Positions 56,203-64,000 of a stretch of 64,000 nucleotides of DNA are shown one piece after another (position 1 is the first letter of the stretch; each line of letters opens with the position of its first letter). The notes below the pieces were generated by a model, which was not told where the DNA came from, ran no database searches, and saw only the letters and a list, made by a program, of their open reading frames with translations. The stretch is from positions 21,996,795 to 22,060,794 of the forward strand of contig NC_092670.1 in assembly GCF_964355755.1 (NCBI RefSeq). Direction: 5' to 3'. Source of the stretch: Antedon mediterranea (lineage: Eukaryota; Animalia; Echinodermata). A program made the translations under genes and the position numbers.

Positions 56203-58960
56203 ATTTCAAAATCCCACTTTAGTAAAACTGTAGTATAGAGGTGAACATTTGGGTATACCAATAATGTTTATTTAAATGTTATAAAATATTTCAAAATCCC
56301 ACTTTAGTAAAACTGTAGTATAGAGGTGAACATTTGGGTATACCAATAATGTTTATTTAAATGTTATAAAATATTTCAAAATCCCACTTTAGTGAAACTG
56401 TAGTATAGAGGTGAACATTTGGGTATACCAATAATGTTTATTTAAATGTTATAAAATATTTCAAAATCCCACTTTAGTGAAACTGTAGTATAGAGGTGAA
56501 CATTTGGGTATACCAATAATGTTTATTTAAATGTTATAAAATATTTCAAAATCCCACTTTAGTGAAACTGTAGTATAGAGGTGAACATTTGGGTATACCA
56601 ATAATGTTTATTTAAATGTTATAAAATATTTCAAAATCCCACTTTAGTAAAACTGTAGTATAGAGGTGAACATTTGGGTATACCAATAATGTTTATTTAA
56701 ATGTTATAAAATATTTCAAAATCCCACTTTAGTGAAACTGTAGTAGTAGTATAGAGGTGAACATTTGGGTATACCAATAATGTTTATTTAAATGTTATAA
56801 AATATTTCAAAATCCCACTTTAGTAAAACTGTAGTATAGAGGTGAACATTTGGGTATACCAATAATGTTTATTTAAATGTTATAAAATATTTCAAAATCC
56901 CACTTTAGTGAAACTGTAGTATAGAGGTGAACATTTGGGTATACCAATAATGTTTATTTAAATGTTATAAAATATTTCAAAATCCCACTTTAGTAAAACT
57001 CTAGTATAGAGGTGAACATTTGGGTATACCAATAATGTTTATTTAAATGTTATAAAATATTTCAAAATCCCACTTTAGTAAAACTGTAGTATAGAGGTGA
57101 ACATTTGGGTATACCAATAATGTTTATTTAAATGTTATAAAATATTTCAAAATCCCACTTTAGTGAAACTGTAGTATAGAGGTGAACATTTGGGTATACC
57201 AATAATGTTTATTTAAATGTTATAAAATATTTCAAAATCCCACTTTAGTGAAACTGTAGTATAGAGGTGAACATTTGGGTATACCAATAATGTTTATTTA
57301 AATGTTATAAAATATTTCAAAATCCCACTTTAGTAAAACTGTAGTATAGAGGTGAACATTTGGGTATACCAATAATGTTTATTTAAATGTTATAAAATAT
57401 TTCAAAATCCCACTTTAGTGAAACTGTAGTATAGAGGTGAACATTTGGGTATACCAATAATGTTTATTTAAATGTTATAAAATATTTCAAAATCCCACTT
57501 TAGTAAAACTCTAGTATAGAGGTGAACATTTGGGTATACCAATAATGTTTATTTAAATGTTATAAAATATTTCAAAATCCCACTTTAGTAAAACTGTAGT
57601 ATAGAGGTGAACATTTGGGTATACCAATAATGTTTATTTAAATGTTATAAAATATTTCAAAATCCCACTTTAGTGAAACTGTAGTATAGAGGTGAACATT
57701 TGGGTATACCAATAATGTTTATTTAAATGTTATAAAATATTTCAAAATCCCACTTTAGTGAAACTGTAGTATAGAGGTGAACATTTGGGTATACCAATAA
57801 TGTTTATTTAAATGTTATAAAATATTTCAAAATCCCACTTTAGTAAAACTGTAGTATAGAGGTGAACATTTGGGTATACCAATAATGTTTATTTAAATGT
57901 TATAAAATATTTCAAAATCCCACTTTAGTGAAACTGTAGTATAGAGGTGAACATTTGGGTATACCAATAATGTTTATTTAAATGTTATAAAATATTTCAA
58001 AATCCCACTTTAGTAAAACTGTAGTATAGAGGTGAACATTTGGGTATACCAATAATGTTTATTTAAATGTTATAAAATATTTCAAAATCCCACTTTAGTG
58101 AAACTGTAGTATAGAGGTGAACATTTGGGTATACCAATAATGTTTATTTAAATGTTATAAAATATTTCAAAATCCCACTTTAGTAAAACTGTAGTATAGA
58201 GGTGAACATTTGGGTATACCAATAATGTTTATTTAAATGTTATAAAATATTTCAAAATCCCACTTTAGTGAAACTGTAGTATAGAGGTGAACATTTGGGT
58301 ATACCAATAATGTTTATTTAAATGTTATAAAATATTTCAAAATCCCACTTTAGTGAAACTGTAGTATAGAGGTGAACATTTGGGTATACCAATAATGTTT
58401 ATTTAAATGTTATAAAATATTTCAAAATCCCACTTTAGTAAAACTCTAGTATAGAGGTGAACATTTGGGTATACCAATAATGTTTATTTAAATGTTATAA
58501 AATATTTCAAAATCCCACTTTAGTGAAACTGTAGTATAGAGGTGAACATTTGGGTATACCAATAATGTTTATTTAAATGTTATAAAATATTTCAAAATCC
58601 CACTTTAGTAAAACTGTAGTATAGAGGTGAACATTTGGGTATACCAATAATGTTTATTTAAATGTTATAAAATATTTCAAAATCCCACTTTAGTGAAACT
58701 GTAGTATAGAGGTGAACATTTGGGTATACCAATAATGTTTATTTAAATGTTATAAAATATTTCAAAATCCCACTTTAGTAAAACTGTAGTATAGAGGTGA
58801 ACATTTGGGTATACCAATAATGTTTATTTAAATGTTATAAAATATTTCAAAATCCCACTTTAGTAAAACTGTAGTATAGAGGTGAACATTTGGGTATACC
58901 AATAATGTTTATTTAAATGTTATAAAATATTTAAAAATCCCACTTTAGTGAAACTGAAGA
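56203..58960. repeat. 85-bp satellite, 32 near-identical copies plus a partial copy
   Basis: atttcaaaatcccactttagtRaaactgtagtatagaggtgaacatttgggtataccaataatgtttatttaaatgttataaaat. Confidence 0.99.
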
Positions 58961-59249
58961 ATAGATGTCCCATTTGGGAGTTCACTTAAGCCTCTCAATT
59001 ATATTATAACAAAATAGTCTATCTCTAGTGAAAAGTTGAGGATCATCAAAACTGTCTCTTAAATTCAGTTGTATTATTTTTAATTTGAAAATATGTTCTA
59101 GAATAATAAGTAGGGAAATTACTTTCACATAAAAAAAAAAGACTAAAATTAAAAGTATAATTTCATTTTTATCATATGACAACAATATAGAAAGGAAAAG
59201 TATGGAGAAACGTGAGAGTTTAAAAAGACAAGTATTTTGAGGGACTTAC

Positions 59250-59334
59250 CCATTGGTTCTTTGATGATTTCATAGTAATCAGGCACATCCTCTTTGTTTA
59301 CTGGTTCCAGGAATGGCCAGGCCATTTTATGGCT
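59250..59334 (-). CDS. BPTF: BPTF exon (bromodomain ZA loop)
   Basis: tctcag| [28 protein letters not shown] g|gtaagt; WPF shelf and PDYY motif; phases 0/1. Confidence 0.97.
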
Positions 59335-59787
59335 CTGAGAAATAAACAAAGAAACGTTTTATGAATAGTGAAAATACCCGTGCATTTAAAAACATGTCCT
59401 TGGTTTTGTTTGAAATTTAATTGTTTGATTTTTTTATTTGTGTATAATTCATGTTATAGTATGTTTAGTTTTCACATGAAGCTAGGACTTTCGGCTGCTT
59501 TGAATATTATGTTTTATTCTTCCTTCTTTTTTGCAATTTGTAAACATATGTTGTATACATCTATAAATTCATCTTTCTTAAGTGGTATTGTTTACATTTA
59601 TTATAATATTGCCAAATGATTTGAACACATACTCATGGAAAGTATAAGTTGAGCACTCACCGGCATCTTGGGTAATCATAATGCGTAAAGTTTTTTGAAG
59701 TGCTTTTTATTATTGTTTTTTCTACACTTAATTTAATATATTTTATGATTCGAACCCACACATGGAAAGTATAAGTTGGGCACTCAC

Positions 59788-59980
59788 CTGCAATTGTCGT
59801 ACAATCTTGCGTAGTTGATCCATATCACGATGCGTTAAGTTTTTGTCAAACGCTTTCTGTGACTGTTTTGACTGGCATTTATTACATACATAGCTGTCAA
59901 TACTTTCGGCTTCTTCTTGACCTATTCCCACACATTCACCATGAAACCAGTCATTGCAAAGGTCACACCCGATATAGAAC
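59788..59980 (-). CDS. BPTF: BPTF exon (rest of PHD-b plus linker into bromodomain)
   Basis: tcatag| [35 protein letters not shown]...LRKIVRQLQ |gtgagt; phases 2/0. Confidence 0.97.
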
Positions 59981-61244
59981 CTATGAAAATAGTTTATGGT
60001 AAATATTAATTCATCTTTGTACTACAATCATTCATTCACATATAAAATAGTTTAAATTGGGGAAACTTTTGAATTTGATATTTACTTACAGTACTACAAA
60101 GATTAAATCTAATGAAAAGAAATGTACTATGTTTTATTTATAGCATACATGATCACTATAAGTTTTAATACTATAACACATGGAAAACCATGGGGCTAAA
60201 CTTGGATTCGAACCCAGGATTAGTAACCAAGCAAGCTAACTACCAACATAGGGTACAATGCCAGAGAGCAACGCATACAATCTTACTATAAATTTCATTT
60301 ATAAAAATCACATTATTTTTTTTTTCAAAATCTTGAGTGTATTAAAAAATAACAGGTATAATAACATTTTTACAGGTTTTTTCAATATCAATTTTCCTGA
60401 AATTATTATGACTATTTTCTTGTGAATAATTCATTTCAAAACATAATTTGATTTATGCGTTTGTACTAAATGTAGGGCAATTACCCTAAATTAATCAATA
60501 TCTAATTTTTTTTCTCTATTTTAGGCCATACGTAATTAAAACTGCCGCCATCTGTTACTTGTGACCGTAATATTAAACACAATGAAATATTAAAATTGAA
60601 ATTTTATATCACATTAATAAATGATGCATGAACTAAAAAAAAAATCCAATATATTCTGCATATATGCAGAAAATAAAAAATAGGACACAATAAATAATTT
60701 AGCTTTTAAATAACGAAATGTAATAACATTTGGAAATTGGAACAAATTTTGAAATCTTCAACTAAAAAAAAAAGGATATAATTAGATAGCTTTTAAATAG
60801 TACTGAACGTTTAATAATGAATATATGGAAAATAAAAAATACTATTTAATAATTAATTTACAGTAACTTTAAAATAATGAAATGAATTAAAATTATAAAT
60901 TGAATCTTCTTCAATCAATTATATATTATATTTTAAATACAAGAATAATATTTCAAACCTGGAACTTTCAATGAATAATAAATAGTGATATAACTATTTT
61001 TTTTAAACCGGCAACATTATTTTACCATTAGGTATTAATATTTGAAACGTGCATACTACACTACATTGCATACAATTGCAGGAATTTAAAATACATAAAT
61101 AATTTAGCTTTTGAATAATAAAGTACAACCATTAAAAAAAAATTCAAACAAACTAATGCAAATTAGAGTTAAGGTTATTGCATAAGGATTAGATTGTAAT
61201 GGGTTTGCATAGCAATACTCACTATTAAACACATTTGAGGGTGG

Positions 61245-61590
61245 GATTATACCACTACAGTGAGATTGTACCACAGTAAGGGAGTGTACAACAGAGGGGG
61301 AAGTGTATTGTATGGGGAACTGTATCAAAGTAGGGAGTGTACAACAAAGGGGGAAGTGTACCGTAATGGGAAGGGGGCTGTACCACAGTAGGGAACTGTA
61401 CAACATAGGGGGAAGTGTACTGTAAAGAGAAAGGGGATGTACCACAGTAGGGGAGTGTACAACATAGGGGAAAGTGTACCGTAATGGCGAGGGGGGGGGG
61501 GGCGCAGTACCACAGTAGGGGAGTGTACAACATATGAGGAAGTTTATCGTAAGGGGAAGGGGGGGGGGCTGTTCAGCAGTACCAAAATGT
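61245..61590. repeat. Degenerate G-rich ~60-bp minisatellite
   Basis: gtaccacagtagggRagtgtacaaca.aggggRaagtgta units. Confidence 0.9.
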
Positions 61591-61817
61591 AGTGGATCTA
61601 TGCATAACTTTTTTTTTTTATAACAGCGAGTAACTCGTCAATTACAGGATGGAAAAACTATTTTATACGGAGTGGAGTTGTAAGAGAGTCGTGAGTAACC
61701 ACCCTAGCATTAGGTCACGATTGAACCCTGGAACTTTGGATTGGAAGGCAAGCATAACCACAAAGCAAAAGCTTCAGTTCTAATTGGGCTTATAGTAGAT
61801 AACATAACTATACTTAC

Positions 61818-61991
61818 TGGGCGTCATCATATGGCGTGCGACATATGCAATATAATTCATCTTCTTGTTCTTGTTTTTGTTGTTGGCAATCGGAACAGAT
61901 GAAATCCTTAATTGTTTGTGCTTCATCCGCTGATATATTTACACATTCACCATGGAACCAATTTAAACAAACATCACACCCAATATAGAAC
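61818..61991 (-). CDS. BPTF: BPTF exon (rest of PHD-a plus start of PHD-b)
   Basis: ttttag| FYIGCDVCLNWFHGEC...ICSDC...ELYCICRTPYDDA ca|gtaagt; 174 nt, phases 2/2. Confidence 0.97.
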
Positions 61992-62790
61992 CTAAAATTA
62001 AAACAATAAAGTTTCAAATTAAAAAATTGAATTGAAGTCACGTGAATGCTACTTACTGTACGCGAAATTCTTTAAAATTGATTTATAGTACTTATTATTA
62101 TTATTATATTTTACTAAGTGTGAATATTGGTGAATAATGGCCACAGGGCTATATTTTGGTTTTTCTATACGGTAGCCCAAAGTGGTTAGCCCAGAGAAGT
62201 TCTGAATTAAACTACATTACATTAAATTTACTTATTTATTTTGCATCAAAAATTCATAATAAACATCTGAATAACAATAATTTGAAACAAATGAAATGAA
62301 AAACATCAAAAGAAAAGTAACATATTTATTATATACAAAAACATATTTACAGAATACGGTTAAAATTCATAACGCATATTATTATTATTTATAATTTAGA
62401 CCGGACTTGGCCTCAGGAGAAAAAAGAAAGTGTAACACATCAAGTTTTATACAGACAATTACATACAAATACGTCACCATTCAGTGAGCATAAATGATAT
62501 CATTTTTAGTGTTAGTGTGTAATATTGTATATTGAAAGAATTATAACATAATAGCTGTCTCAACTATAGAGGGCGACAAAGTCTTTTCTTCTTTTGTCAG
62601 AATCAAAACATGAATGTGTAATTTTTTTCCAACGATTCTAATTAGAATTTTACATTCAAAACTTAATTTGCAGCCTATAGGTACTGTAATGTTTAGCTAG
62701 AATTTTAAAAACTTAATTCAAAACCCAAATCCCTGATGTTTACTAGATATGTTACCTCTCAACGCTGACAATTGAACAGAAAGAACTCAC

Positions 62791-63179
62791 CTTGCTGCAT
62801 CATATGGGGTCTTGCATATACAATATAATTTCACATTTGATTTCCTCCTAGCCTCTTTTTCCAGACTAGTCCCTTTAGAAGATGTTGGTTTCCCTTTATC
62901 TGGTTTGCTTTCAGACTTGGTTGAGTCTGTTCGTTTCCGCTTAGGCGAAGTAGTCGGTGACTTTGGCGTAGTCACCAATATTTCATTGGTTACTTCTTGT
63001 TTGACATCCTGTGGCGGTGACTTGTAGATTGCCACCGGCACAGGGACAGGTGCTACTACTTCTTCTTGCTGTAGCTGCTGCTGCTGCTCAAGAAGTTGCT
63101 GCTGCTGTTTTTGTTGTTGCTGTTGTTTCCTCTTCCGAGCCATCTCCTTTTCTCGTCGTACTTCTGACTTGGATTCCTC
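62791..63179 (-). CDS. BPTF: BPTF/NURF301 exon (poly-Q, basic linker, start of first C-terminal PHD); gene continues beyond window
   Basis: ttgtag| EESKSEVRREKEMARKRKQQQ...[13 protein letters not shown] ag|gtgagt; phases 0/2. Confidence 0.93.
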
Positions 63180-64000
63180 CTACAATATAACACATTATTT
63201 TCTTTAAATCCACCATTTTTTTTTTCATTTTTGAGAGATGTTTGAGTCATGATCAAGCCCATCCTTAATTATCAAGCAATTTTCATGCAAAATGATCCAT
63301 AGAGCTATATTTTCTAAATTATTAAATTATTATTATTATTAGAAATTAATTTTATAGATATAGAACATACTTTTTTTTATAAGCTAAGGTTGTTCACTTG
63401 TAATCAACATCTCATCTTACAAGCATATTAAATGTCACAAATCTAACATATATCTGTTTTTTATTTTTAATTAGATATCTTAATTCCCCACTGAGGAATA
63501 AAACTAGATTTTACTTGTATGAAACCTCATTTATAATCAACAGTGTGGAACATTGTATGATGAGATACTAAAAATCTTATTGACTATCACATGTGAAATC
63601 CCAAATCTCATTAATGTACACAAGGGAGAAGCGAAAAATATGAGCAAGGTAAAAATGTTTAAACATTAAATTAGCTAACAGAAACACGGAATCACCATGT
63701 TATATCCGGTGAATCTCACTGGCACGTCAACATAAATATGTCCGCTTAATCTATGTTCATATATATATATATCTGTCGACGAGAACAGTCAAATATGACC
63801 CATGTGGACGTGGAAGTCGTGTGCACGTTCACTCAATATAAAGGCCTATTACTAGAAAGTTGACACAAAGTATCTCAGAGTTCTATGTCAACATTAATCT
63901 TAATGGGTCTTTCGCACCTACTTTGGCAGGGTCCCGGCAAATCAAATTTAAAGTATGGTGCGTCTTGAAACGCAACATTGACGTTCAATTTGATTTTGGA

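Noticed and set aside
56203-58960. CRISPR-like regular array
   Set aside because: Head-to-tail identical units with no unique spacers, eukaryotic intron context and no cas genes.
62812-63262. ORFs 62812-63027 (+) and 63056-63262 (-)
   Set aside because: Antisense and alternate-frame shadows of the BPTF exon.

Overview
Very AT-rich, intron-rich animal genomic DNA. It looks invertebrate; the repeat landscape suggests an echinoderm-type genome, but the taxon cannot be fixed from sequence alone. Two convergent spliced protein-coding genes can be built by hand, with every splice phase consistent. (1) A complete PIG-X/PBN1-family gene (PIGX, GPI mannosyltransferase I subunit) on + has six coding exons from 2745 to 26572 (840 nt, 279 aa). 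(2) The last five coding exons of BPTF/NURF301 on - run from 63179 to 37402 (poly-Q, PHD-PHD-bromodomain); a 21.7-kb final intron splits the bromodomain. Nearly all other ORFs in the track are noise or translations of repeats. The non-coding DNA holds tRNA-derived SINEs, one 5S-rRNA-derived SINE, a foldback Mutator-like element, several MITEs, many minisatellites and a very homogeneous 85-bp satellite. Most notable observations: 29-35 bp palindromic elements with perfect 7-bp target duplications; the 5S-derived SINE; three features that could alter the BPTF reader domains (symmetric PHD exon, duplicated decoy donor, AATAAA-bearing satellite); a strong-context uORF in PIGX; and an orphan CpG-rich promoter-like region near 30 kb. 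No autonomous transposase, CRISPR or prokaryotic system is visible.
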